Shown here in pieces: positions 49,002 to 60,317 of a stretch of 64,000 bases of DNA. Source of the DNA: Toensbergia leucococca. Lineage: Eukaryota. Under the pieces are notes generated by a model, which worked only from the letters and a program-made list of their open reading frames with translations, was not told where the DNA came from and made no database searches. The stretch spans positions 1 through 64,000 of the forward strand of contig JALDZS010000132.1 of assembly GCA_022813965.1 (NCBI GenBank), given 5' to 3'. Positions within the stretch are counted from its first letter, which is position 1; every line of letters begins with the position of its first letter. A program made the translations under genes and the position numbers.

Positions 49002-49857
49002 TCACCTCCCTTTCCTCACCCATCCCTCCACAGCTTCTCTCCCATCCTTCACCCTCTCCTCAGACCACCCCCTCATCAGCTCACCGTGAATCTTAATCTG
49101 CCTCCAACTTTCCTCCGCCGCTCCCCGAATCCGCATATGATTCATCGACACGACTGGCACCTTCTCCTCATACCTCCACAGTAAATCCCCCACGTTCCGC
49201 ATCGTCAACGGCAACACGACCCACCCAGCTCCCACCCCGACCGCAACCGGCACGCTCGCTCTCAACAAGATATTCCGGTTGCGCGACACGATCGACCCGG
49301 CCATCGCAGCCACAAGAACATAAATCGAGCCGGGCAGCAGCCGCTCGTTGGATTCTGGGGGCGGAGCCAGCGAGGCGATGGTGCTGGTGAAGGAGCTTTC
49401 GAGGTGCAGGATCGAGGACATGAGGGTGTTTAGGCGGGTTTCGGCCGTGGCGGCGTGGGTGTTTAGGAAGAGGCGGGCGTGGCGGACCTGGGACGCAAGG
49501 CGGTCGGTCGGTGTTGGTGAGGAAGAAGGAGAGGAGGAGGAGGGCGAATCCGGGTTGGAAGGTTTGTATTTGGGGGGTTTGGGGAGAGGGGTCAGGTCGT
49601 CGTAGATGGGTTTGCGGGTGAGCTGGTCGGGCGGGGTTTTGTCAATTGGATTGGTGGAGGGTGAGTAAGGGATTGCGGGCTTACGGGTTCGCCTGAAGGG
49701 GCTTCCGCGTGGAGGGTGGCTTTTGGGAACAGGATGTTGCTGGCTAGGAGGATGCTGGCGGTCGCCGGGATGGTGCGCTGTCGCGTGTCAGTACTGTGGG
49801 GAAGATTTGGGTGTCAATAGTGGGCCATACACGCCGGAGTATTGGTCTGAAGGCCAT
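49002..49857 (-). CDS. MIC26: MICOS subunit Mic26/Mic27 (apolipoprotein-O family); 3 exons
   Basis: MAFRPILRR|..LHAEAP..|..RKPIYDD..SPTPTDRLASQVRHARLFL..LLPGSIYVLVAAMAGSIVSRNRNILLR..PLTMRNVGDLLW. Confidence 0.85.
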
Positions 49858-50155
49858 TATTGGCCTTGACACTCGTTGCAATGTCAATTGAAAAGTGTTG
49901 GTGGTGGTCAAATACTAAGTAGCACCCGAGGCAGTGAGGTAGAGACCAGGGGTCGAATTGAGCTTTCTAGGTAGGTAGGCTTAGGGCGCCTCAGGGCGCC
50001 AAGTGTTGTAAGGCGCCACGGAGAACCTCGAACTATTGAATTATCTCAATTATCTCAATAATGTTCAATCGAAATTGTAACAAATGATATTATAGGAATT
50101 GTGTCATTTAATTATGCATAGGTGAGGTTGCCTACAACGGCGTCCGTGACGGTTC

Positions 50156-52460
50156 TCATCCAAGGATAATCTCCTTCCAAGATGGGCCCGGCGCTACAGA
50201 TGTGCCAACTGCCTTCTGATAGACCTGGCCTAATCCCCTTCGTTCAGCAATGATACCATCCTCATCCCATTGAATCAACATGACCCAGTACAGGTCCCAA
50301 ATCTTCCGTATGGCTGACAGTCCATCACGCTCATTTATCTCCGAGCCCGCCATTGTGTCTTTACATTCGGATAGAATAATAAACTCGACTGGCTTGTTGA
50401 GGTCAGCTTCAGTAATGTAATAGCCGTCTAGGCGGACCGATCCGCAGAACACATTATCACGGTCCACAATTGTGCCTCGCTCGCGTACGTTTCTCTCGCC
50501 GTCGGGAGATTCGATGCTAGAGATAGTGAGATAGATAGACAAGGTCCAGAACTGGAGCAATTGATGTGTTTGCATTGAATACGGTAAGTTCTTTAGCAGA
50601 GGCTTTATGGGTTCTGTCTGAGAGGTGTCAATTAGAGGGCAGTGGCGATTGTCGAAGCGGCGTTCTGTCCAATTGTGACCTTGGTTTGCACTAGAAATCT
50701 TGATGTTGCCCTCCGAACCCGCAACAAGACTTCGAGGTTCATCGCCCTTCCTCTGGAACCAGACAATCCATGTCCTTGTTTGTGAACATGCTGCTAGGTC
50801 GGAAGGGTAGAACATACTAGGCAACATATACAAAATTGCGCAACCTTTCCACCCAGCCCAAGACCAGCTCGGAAACCAGTGTCGACGTTCGAGGGTGACT
50901 GACTGACCATCGAAAAGGATAAAGAAATCAAAGGCAGCTGTTGGTAGACCCGCTAGAAAGCTACATGTCATGCTTTCGGAAAGCACATTTTCCAGCCCAC
51001 TGAAGACGCTCAAAGCATCGCTTTGATTCGTCAGATCACGTCTGGTGAGTTCCATTACGAGGGAATTGTATTGAATTGCATGGGTCTTATGTTGCGGATC
51101 AAGCGCCATGTAAAGACTACTAGGCTTGTAGTTTACAATGCTGGGGTACTCATCGTCTATTGTGTCTAAACTCCAAACGGCCCGAAGACATCTGAAATAG
51201 ACGCCCCCGTTGGGAGTGAATATGAGGGTCCGGTTTGCAAGTAATTGCTCCTGTAGACTGCTTTTGTTTAGTCCGTTCTTATCGACTGAATTAGGAAACG
51301 TACGTCCATGCTCGGCTGGAGTAGCTGGATGCATTTAGCAGATTGTCGAGACTTTCTACAACTGTCACCTGGACTCCCTCTTTGATCTCTTCAATCGGCT
51401 GCTCTAGGCGTCGACTGCCACGGCGAACACCAAGCAGACCAGCATTGGCATTGGGACCTGCAGCGGCAATGAAGGTGAGCACCGCTCCATTGTAGACAAG
51501 GTCCATGTGATGGATTCCCTGCAACATATCAAGTTCGTTGTCTTGCACGAGGCAGAGTGCATCAACCCAGAGGTAGCGAAAGCCCATCTGTCTTACCAGA
51601 TGAATAGCATCCTTGATGGTCTGCGGAATTTCATGCCAGTGGCGCTCCAAACTCCTGGGTTTCATCAGTTCTTCTTGGTTATGCCTGCAAAGCTTAAGAC
51701 AGGCTACTTGTCCCCAAACATAGCTGAGCGCAATGTAATTGTAGTGATTGTCGTTCTCATCAAAGCCAGATGCTTTACTGCGAGCTTCTACAATACACCA
51801 GGAGTCAACATTCACCAGGCGGAAAGCGTAGCTCATGCCAGCAAGAAATGATTGCTCGAAAAACGGTGCAACTTGACTTGTGGCTGGATTACAAGCATCA
51901 CCATGGTGTTCTTGACAGCTTGACAACCAATCTGAAAAGCTGTCGTCGTAAGGCTCGGACTGGATCCGACGAGCACGTCTGAGGGGCACTTCTGTGTCAA
52001 GGTCATCCCCGTACTCGCCCTCTTCCTGCACAAAGCTGATATGACAGTCAGGGATAGCAAGGTTCACAGAGAAGCCTAATCTTGAATGCCAATAAAGTTG
52101 GACTTCCTCTGACGGGTCGATTCCAAAGGGCGGTTCATAGGTTTGTGGATATATTAGTCGCCTTATATTAGTAATGGCAGCGATGGTGATTCGACACAAG
52201 GGACAGCTGGTGCGGACACAGACATCCTTGAATGAGCCCAGTCGACTTAGCTTCTCGGGCCTCAACTCTACTTTCAGACATTGGCGGCAGAGTTGGCTGT
52301 CAGCTCGCCTTGCGGCTTCTTGTTGCCTTCTGATATCATCTTCGTTGACTTGGCCATCATCAGCGCAGTCTGAAGAAGCAGCACTGAATGCAACTTCTCT
52401 TGCGAAGACGATTGAAAGCAGAAAGCAAGTACAGCTTAGAAGCAGGAGTGTTGAGGCCAT
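50156..52460 (-). CDS. HET-domain (heterokaryon incompatibility) protein; intron ~51303-51259; start uncertain
   Basis: FRLVNVD, YIALSYVWG, IPQTIKDAI..GFRYLWVDALCLVQD, MDLVY..A.LT, SRAWT|LQEQLL, FPSWSWAGW, ERRGLG. Confidence 0.9.
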
Positions 52461-52870
52461 CTCCCATCAAGCTGATTACCCTTTCCTCCTCTTCTTCGTC
52501 ATCAAGAACAAAGTCATGAAAGGTATTGTTCATGGTAAATTCAGTAGCGTTGAGCCAAACTTGCGGATGTGCAGAATATTTCTTCTGAATAGGATTATAA
52601 ATGAACACAGCTGGATATCTAGTCGGATAGTTCAAATGGAGATTAGGAATTAGACCTCGATTACAGGGCTGCCGTCGGAGGGGTACCTGCCTCCTGCCTA
52701 TCTCAATACTACTCTCCTACTGTATCTGGTCATAGGATAACAATTGCAGTCTGATAAGATAGCTAACAGTCCGTGATATTTCTCTTTTTGCAAATGCCAG
52801 TACATACGCACAATGCACAATCCTCGAATTTGATTTTCATCTCGCACTGTTCCCTTATCCTCCCCCCCAA

Positions 52871-54489
52871 ATGGACTCGTATGATCTCCTGGTCATCAAC
52901 GGGCTTGTTATCACTGCTGCAGATATCGGACATTATGATATCGCTGTCAAAAATGAGAAGATTGCTCTCCTAGCTCCAAGGGGCTCCTTGTCGGAACTCA
53001 ATGTAAAGCGAGTAATCGACGCAAAAGGTGGATACGTGATGGTAAATTAAGACTTTTTTCGAAGGCTTCAGAACGAAGGGCCAGGCCATTATCAATGCTA
53101 CGGATAATGCTGACCACGATACCATAGCCAGGTGGAGTTGACTGCCATGTCCACCTCGAGGAACCACCCTTGTTTGGTAAAGGCCGGAGCGCAGACACCT
53201 ACGAGACCGGTAAAGGCCTTCCTCGATTCCTGGGCCTGGATAGCTAAAGCGAGGTATCAGGCACCAAATCAGCCATTTGTGGCGGGACTACCACGATCGT
53301 TACCTTTGCACCCCAGAGCAAAATTGACCCTTCCTTACTCGAAGTCCTGAAGTCTACTCATGAAAAGGCGCATGAAAACTGCTACTGTGACTACTCGTTC
53401 CACTTGCTAATCTCCAATCCAACCAAGCAAGTCTTGTCGGAGTTCCCCGCTCTTCGCTCCGAAGGCATCTCTTCTCTCAAAATCTACATGACTTACGAGT
53501 CTCTTCAATTACGTGATAATGAGATTCTGGACGTTCTTCTTGAGGCACGCACACAGGATATTACCACCATGATACATGCCGAGAATGGTGATATGCTAGC
53601 CTGGATGTCCGATCAATTAGAACAACGCAAGCTGTTTGCGCCCAAATATCATGCTACCTCACGCCCACAGCTTGTTGAAACTGAGGCTACCAACCGGGCA
53701 ATAGTCTTGGGTGAGCTAGTTGATGCACCAATTTTGATTGTGCATGTTTCGTCGCCTTCAGCTGCTCGCCATATACGAGATGCACAGACTCGCGGTCTCC
53801 CTGTCTATGCAGAGACTTGCCCGCAATATCTTTTCTTGACCAGAGAAGACCTCGATAAACCCGGCTTCGAAGGCGCCAAGTGCGTTTGCTCTCCTCCTCC
53901 ACGAGAAGGCAAAGAAGACCACGAGGCAATTTGGACTGGCCTGCAGAACGGGACTTTTACTGTACTTTCATCAGACCATTGTCCCTTCATATATGATGAT
54001 ACCGAGTCCGGTAAGAAGAGTGTCCTTAGCAATGAATTTCCGGTGGGTCAATTCAGATACATCCCGAATGGCTGTCCTGGGGTTGAGACTCGACTCCCCT
54101 TGATCCTGACAGCAGGACGTCTATCATTGCAGAAATTTGTCGAAGTGACATCCACGAATCCGGCTCGTCTTTACGGCTTGTATCCTCTGAAAGGCGCGCT
54201 GCTTCCTGGATTATCGGACGCAGATCTGACTATCTGGTACCCAGCCTCAACATTGCAGCCTTTTACGCTCACGAATTCTAGCCTGCACCATAATGTTGAT
54301 TATACCCCGTACGAGGGTAGAACACTTTCGCAGTGGCCGAGATACACTGTTGTGAGAGGAGAAGTGGTTTGGGATCGCGATAACGGAGGCGTCACCGGGA
54401 AGAAGGGGTTTGGGCAGTTTTTGAGAAGGGGTGCAAGCACTCTCGCTGGGAGTCGTTCGGAGGGCCAATGGAATGTTGAAATATTCTAG
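52871..54489 (+). CDS. Dihydropyrimidinase / D-hydantoinase (amidohydrolase); introns ~53042-53127 and ~53209-53260
   Basis: IDAKGGYVM|PGGVDCHVH, GGTTTIV, SLKIYMTY, IHAENG, LIVHVS, ETCPQY, SSDHCPF, PNGCPGVETRL, STNPARLYGL. Confidence 0.93.
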
Positions 54490-54940
54490 GCAATGTTCTA
54501 TAATATAAACCCACACTCTATTTTTGAATACTTCGTAACGTCGCTTGAGCTTGGCCGGTGTAATGAAGTTTACCCCTTTTATCTTGTCGTTTTCCCTTGC
54601 TTCAAATGAAAGAAGTTCATACTACAACGTTCAAGCAAAAGCTTATTCCACTACCCAGAGGAGGTTCGCGAAAATGATGCTACTAAATCCCCACCTCCCC
54701 ACCCACGGATTACCAACTACGTCACCACCCCCACCAAACCCTACCCTAAAACCCTAATCACACCCTAATCCTTAAAACAAACCAAACCAACCATCAATCA
54801 AGCAATCATTCAAAGTAGCCAAAAAAAAACCTACTAAAAAAGGCTCCACACCCTTACCCCTCCAACCTTAACCCCCAACCCCAAAACACCAAAAAACCAA
54901 AAGAAAATCCCCCAAGATCCATCTCCCCCTCCCCCAAACA

Positions 54941-55595
54941 ATGGCAGCCAAACCCTCCCCAGACGCCACCTCCCTGCCCCCAGAAGCCATCGCCTTCGCA
55001 ACAAGAATGTACGACGCCGCCCGCAGCGGCCAAATCGCCATCTTCGAGCAAGCGCTCCCGGCCGGCCTGCCCGCAAACATGACCAACAACAAAGGCGACA
55101 GTCTCGTAAGCCCACTGCCCTCCCCCAAAATCTCCCCCCTTCCTCTCACATCGTCCCCCATCCCTTTCCCCCTCTCCCCCCAAACACGTCCAAACCAAAC
55201 AAATTCTCCGCCCTCACTAAACACCCCCAAAAATCCAGATAATGCTAGCCGCCTACCACGGCCACGCGTCCCTAGTGCGCCTCCTCCTCTCCCACGGCGC
55301 GGACCCCAACTCCGTCAACGACAGAGGCCAGTCCCCACTCGCGGGCGCCGTGTTCAAGGACGAGAACGAGGTCGTCGAGGCCCTGCTGGAGGGAGGCGCG
55401 GATCCGGAGTGGGGGTCTCCCAGCGCGGTGGAGGCGGTAGGGATTTTTGGGAAGGAGGGGGTTTGGGGGGAGAGATTTATGGGGGCCAAGGGGAGGGGAA
55501 GTGGGGGTGCTGGGGGTGCTGGGGATGCTGGGGGAGGGGTTGGAGGGAGTGGGCAAGGGGTTGGGGGAAGTGGGGCGAGTGTTGGGGTTAGGTAG
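54941..55595 (+). CDS. Small ankyrin-repeat protein with a Gly-rich tail; intron ~55106-55238
   Basis: MYDAARSG..LPANMTNNKGDSL|IMLAAYHGHASLVRLLLSHGADPNSVNDRGQSPLAGAVFK..LLEGGADP. Confidence 0.88.
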
Positions 55596-56059
55596 GGTGT
55601 GTGGGGGCGGTGAGGGAGGGTGATGGTGGGTGGAGGAGGGAGTGTGGGTGAGGTGGTTCTTTTCTTTTGGTTGGAGATGCATTGGGCTGTTGTTTTTTGG
55701 GGTCGGTAGTGTGTATTCTGATTGGTTTATTCTCAGAGTTGTGACGATTTGGTGCCCAGTGAATTTTTGCAGGGCAGTGTCTTCTGGGTGGGGAAAGGAG
55801 GTTCAATTGGTGACCTGCAAGAAAGCTTTCAAAATAGCCTGAACTTGGGTATGATGGGGGATGGGGAGGATTACTGTGGGCGGATAGACTTGCTGTAATT
55901 CGAAATGAATTCTATAGAGCAATGATCTGTATTTGAATACTAAGTAAGAACGAAGTGGTTAATGCTGAATCTGAGTCAGAGCTCGGCCAAGATTCTTTTT
56001 ACTTATCCAGCCTCGAAATTGGAATACCCGATACACACCGTCTGAGAACGAACCAGAAT

Positions 56060-57049
56060 TTAGATCATAAGTAATTGGTTTAGATCTGTCTGAGTTCCAA
56101 CGGACAGCTGAGGAACCTGTCGATATCTATCCTTGAGCAACCCTCTTGTATTCTGAAGGACCTAGGTAGTAGAGAATTAGTGACCTGCTCGCGAGTGCAA
56201 CGAAGCTCGACATACCTCAATATAGCTCTGATTCGGATTCACCCGCATGTTTTGCAAGAACGCCCAGGACATGGCTCCAACATGACTGCCACTAATAGTC
56301 GCATCCGCACTCGTTTGATCATCCTTGCATCCCGAATACATAAAAACCCGTTTATTTTCCGATTTCCAGTCCTCGACGAAATGCTCTTCTCCCAAGCCTT
56401 CCTGTTGCGCCTCGCCCCGATGTTTTAAGCCCTGGAAAAATGTCTGTGCACCAGCAAACAGCACTTTTGCGTCGTTGACCTTATTCATGGAAAAGCCGCC
56501 TTGGACCAGGTGATTGGCTGCTTCCATCAGATGGAGACCTTGCTTGACATTATCAACTAGGCTGACATTGCCGTCGTCATCGGTGCGGTAGACGAAGGGG
56601 AGTTCGATGGCGGAGCCGCTGTGACAGCAGTCGAAGACGACGAAAAGGGAGCTGTTTGGCGGAAGCCTCGAAACCAAACGTTTGTGCAAGGTATCACTAT
56701 CCAGCTGGCCATTTTGCTCAAAGTCTACAGGGACAATAGTAGAGTCGAAGCCAGATGCCCTGTCGCCATCCGGATCTCGTACTTGACCGCCATGGCCGGA
56801 AAAATGAAGGAAATTGCAGGTGCCGGGCTCGCTGATGAGCCAGTCCATGGCTGCTAGCATGTTATGGCCGTTTGGGTAGAAAGGGCCGGAGCGAGCGTCG
56901 CTGAGGACGACCATGCTCTGGGGGTCTGTGGGGTATCCCCGCGATACGAGGAATTGTATCATGTTCTGAACATCTTGTTGGCAGCCTTGGAGGGCATGGT
57001 TACTACCCGTGTAGTTGATGCCAATTAAAAGTGATTTGCGGCGAACCAT
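56060..57049 (-). CDS. Metacaspase (peptidase C14) without an N-terminal prodomain; intron ~56215-56162
   Basis: RRKSLLIGINY..LQGCQQD, catalytic HFSGHGG and DCCHSG, SGCKDDQTSAD, GAMSWAF; last exon VLQNTRGLLKDRYRQVPQLS. Confidence 0.93.
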
Positions 57050-58581
57050 ATTGATGAATGGTGAACTTGACCATTGTGTACTCTGTTTGAATTTACTTTA
57101 CTACTCCATAATGCGGACCCCTGCCCCGCAGCCCGCACTGTCCACGGATAAGCGAGCGCTTCTGTTAGCCCGAGATTGAAATGAGGCTTCATTAAGGTAT
57201 TAGCTTTCATCGACCAAGCTTTCATGTATCTCGAATGGTTGCCCCATCCCAATCCTAAAGCTTTCATGCATCCTACACTAGGCATCAGCTACTCTAGTCT
57301 ATCTCTAAATCTGACATGTGAGCGTCTGATGCGGCAGAGTCATACATCGGATCAATTTACCCAAAGCTTCACCGGTTACCCCATTGCAGCCCAAACCAGC
57401 CCGGGAGAGGCCAGCCTTACTTGCAGCTTTTGTGGGACAGTTTGAACAGGGTAGGGTACCGGCTTGATTGATGATACTACATATGGAGGATGCTTGCACC
57501 GTTTATGCATTGCATCCTTCACTCTTACTCTATTTTCAAAAGAAGGATTGGTTGCAGTGCTTGAGAAAATACATCTGAACGGAATCAAAACAACACCTTC
57601 TTAGCTTCCAAACAGCACCATTTCTCCCTTTCTACATCCTCCTCCCCACCATCATGGGCAACACTGACTCTAAACCCACATCGGTCTCGTCTTCATCTTC
57701 TGCAAATGCAAGCAGCACTGGATGGCACAAGACGCCGCCTCATGCGGTACTCAGGGCTGTGGGTATAACAAATGGTACCACTGCCAAGACTCACGGTGAC
57801 ACAGGCCGAGGCAGAACAGGAACATGAGAAAGCGCGCCTAGGAAAGTTGCCTTTGAAGGCCACCACCATTTGGATGTGCTGTGCTTGCCGAGGGGGGACT
57901 TAGATGATATGCAATGGTGTGGGAAGTGTACTCGCAGGCATGCCGGATGGGAATTGGATCAAGTATCAGACTAGGGCAGAGGCCAAGGTTTATTTTTGAG
58001 GCTTGTAGGAATCGTGCTAGATTGAGGATGTTGGATTGGAGTTGGCGCTGTTGGCAATTATGGTATCCAGAAGGCCGGGACCTTGGTGGAGATGGTGTTG
58101 GAAGTCGGGAGTGAGTTGTTGAATAGAGCGCAAGTATCCCAGCGTGTACATTGTTGTTGTCTTCTCTCCCTCTTCTTGTGGCGCGATATAGCAAGCCCCC
58201 TAACGCTCCATATGTGGAGCTTGGCTGTCAGTCAACAAATATCATTAATCCAAATAGAGTGAGATATTCGAGCCTACTCTCTTTCTCAAGTGGTTGTATT
58301 TGGCGACGAATATGATGGTGCAATCATGAAACTTTCAGCTGTCGAGACAAAAGCTGGGCCTGAAAGAAACCGTTGAAATATGCTGATTGGTCTACTTTTC
58401 TAGGTCATCAAAAATTCCTTGAGAAATTGGTTTATTTAGCCCAGAGATGACCCCTGAACCAGTATACATGCAGCTGTGAGCGTTCTCCAAGGTGTACTCT
58501 TTGGCCAAACAGTCGCCAAACAATTCCAAAGTTCCAGCCCGCCATCGAGGCAACCCGCAGCACGGTAGGAAATCGACACAT

Positions 58582-59305
58582 TCAATAGAAACGGCTTCCA
58601 CTCGGCAACTCCGGCAATTCTCTCAACATCCTGTTCACAAACACAACATCCCAAACGTGAACTCCATCACCGTGCAAACCCTGCACGTCTCCGTTCGTAC
58701 AGGTGCTTTCGTACCACTCGATTTTTTCTTCCTCCCCCTCCGACGGCCTCTCTGCTTTGTAAGCTTCCTTGATCTCTTCCCATCCGAAAGAACCCGCGGC
58801 ATCTTCGGCGATAGGATGACCTTTCCCCTCGGTACATCTGATACAAGCTCGGAACGGCTCTTTCCCGATAACCTCTATGGCATGCTCCCAGCCGTCGCCG
58901 AAATCGTACTCGTAGATTACTAGCTTGTTATTTCATTTATCATCTTCGAATATATCTTTGAGCAGTGTGATTTCGCTAGTGCGACGTTTCTATTACATCA
59001 TCCCAGTCATCCATGCCTTCGCCTGGGTTGGTGGTCAGAGTGAGAAGACGGTCTGCAAAAGCTCCCAGGGGATCGTTCGAATCTGTGATATAGAACTGGT
59101 GAAGGTGGCAGTTTGCCCATCCGAAGGCGATCTGTATAGCTAGATGTAAAGTATCAAAGGTGGTACTTCTAGGGCAGCTGAGTGTGCGCATTATAGGAGG
59201 ATTGAGAATGCGTCCAGGACCAAGGGAGATCTTGAGTAGGTATTTCCAATCAGTAATAGCAGTGGTCGAAGGGCGATCAGCTGGTGCTGTACATGAAGGT
59301 ATCAT
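58582..59305 (-). pseudogene. Disrupted MM3350 / pRiA4b-ORF3-like gene
   Basis: PPIMRTLSCP..TFDTLHLAIQIAFGWANCHLHQF, then a frameshift near 58985 and TGA at 58933-58935, then YEYDFGDGWEHAI..CTEGKGHPIAED..GWEEIKEAY. Confidence 0.8.
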
Positions 59306-60317
59306 GGGCGGACATAGGATGTGATTCGTGGAAATGTAAAAAGGAGAAGCTGTTGAGGATATAAAAGGATTGACAGAACTTCTCGGACACGATACTCTAC
59401 TTTTCGCCTTGATCTTATGTTTCAAAACTTAGCTGAACTAGTTGCAAGATAAGAACGATAAGGAATCCCTCAATGGCGACGACGTCCATGGATGAGGGAC
59501 GACATTCGCGTATCAGGTCTCTCATTGGTGGTCGACATTATCCTTGAGATGAATTTAAGATGACTCTTAATGGAGTCGCCTTCCGTGCATTATACAGGCT
59601 GAAGTATCATATATAGAATATATGAATAGGGCATGCAAACTAGAAAAGAGGCACAGTAACAGTCTCTACCCAAAATTTCCAGCAGTAGAAGTGTAGATAT
59701 CACGGCGTTATGAAGATTTTCATCTGGAAGCAGTGCTAAAATCAGCACCGAAGATTTGAAGACTTCACTGACACTCTTGTCATGAGCTCACTTGCTCCTT
59801 AGCATGCAGATAATAAATCAGAAGACGAGATTAAATCATTTTCCAATTCAGATGAAAAGCGTTCATGAAAAAGACGGCCTGTAAGAATGCAGCCATGACA
59901 GCTAGACAATGAAACACATCTTTCAGGAATTCTTCATGTTCAAAAGGTTGAATGTGCAAGTACATGCCCTGGCACGTAGAAAGGAGTACTTTCCTACCTA
60001 CATTTGAGTGTGTTGCGCCTTGTCTCAAGAGATGCTCTGTCCAGGAGTTTTCTTGCAGAACCCCATAGAGTAGTTGAGGTTGAATTAGGCGAGGCAAGGT
60101 GATTGCGGGGAGAGGGCAAAAGTTCAATGCCAACTGAAAGGGGGGTTTAGAATGTCACAGATATGCTTTATACGTATAGTGATTTACTGCTATCGTGTCA
60201 CCTAATTGACCGAGTCATCTAAGACACAATTCCTTCGTCACCTTGGCTCTCAAGCTGCTCCCTCAACCTCATCCGCTCTCCTTAGCCTTGCGATCTCTTC
60301 GGCTTCTTTCTTTTAGC

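Noticed and set aside
54736..54772. Interstitial telomeric CCCTAA repeats
   Set aside because: Three non-tandem copies inside a C/A-skewed tract; expected from composition.
59831..60133. 100-aa ORF on the minus strand
   Set aside because: No ATG start or known motif; at most an unidentifiable relic.
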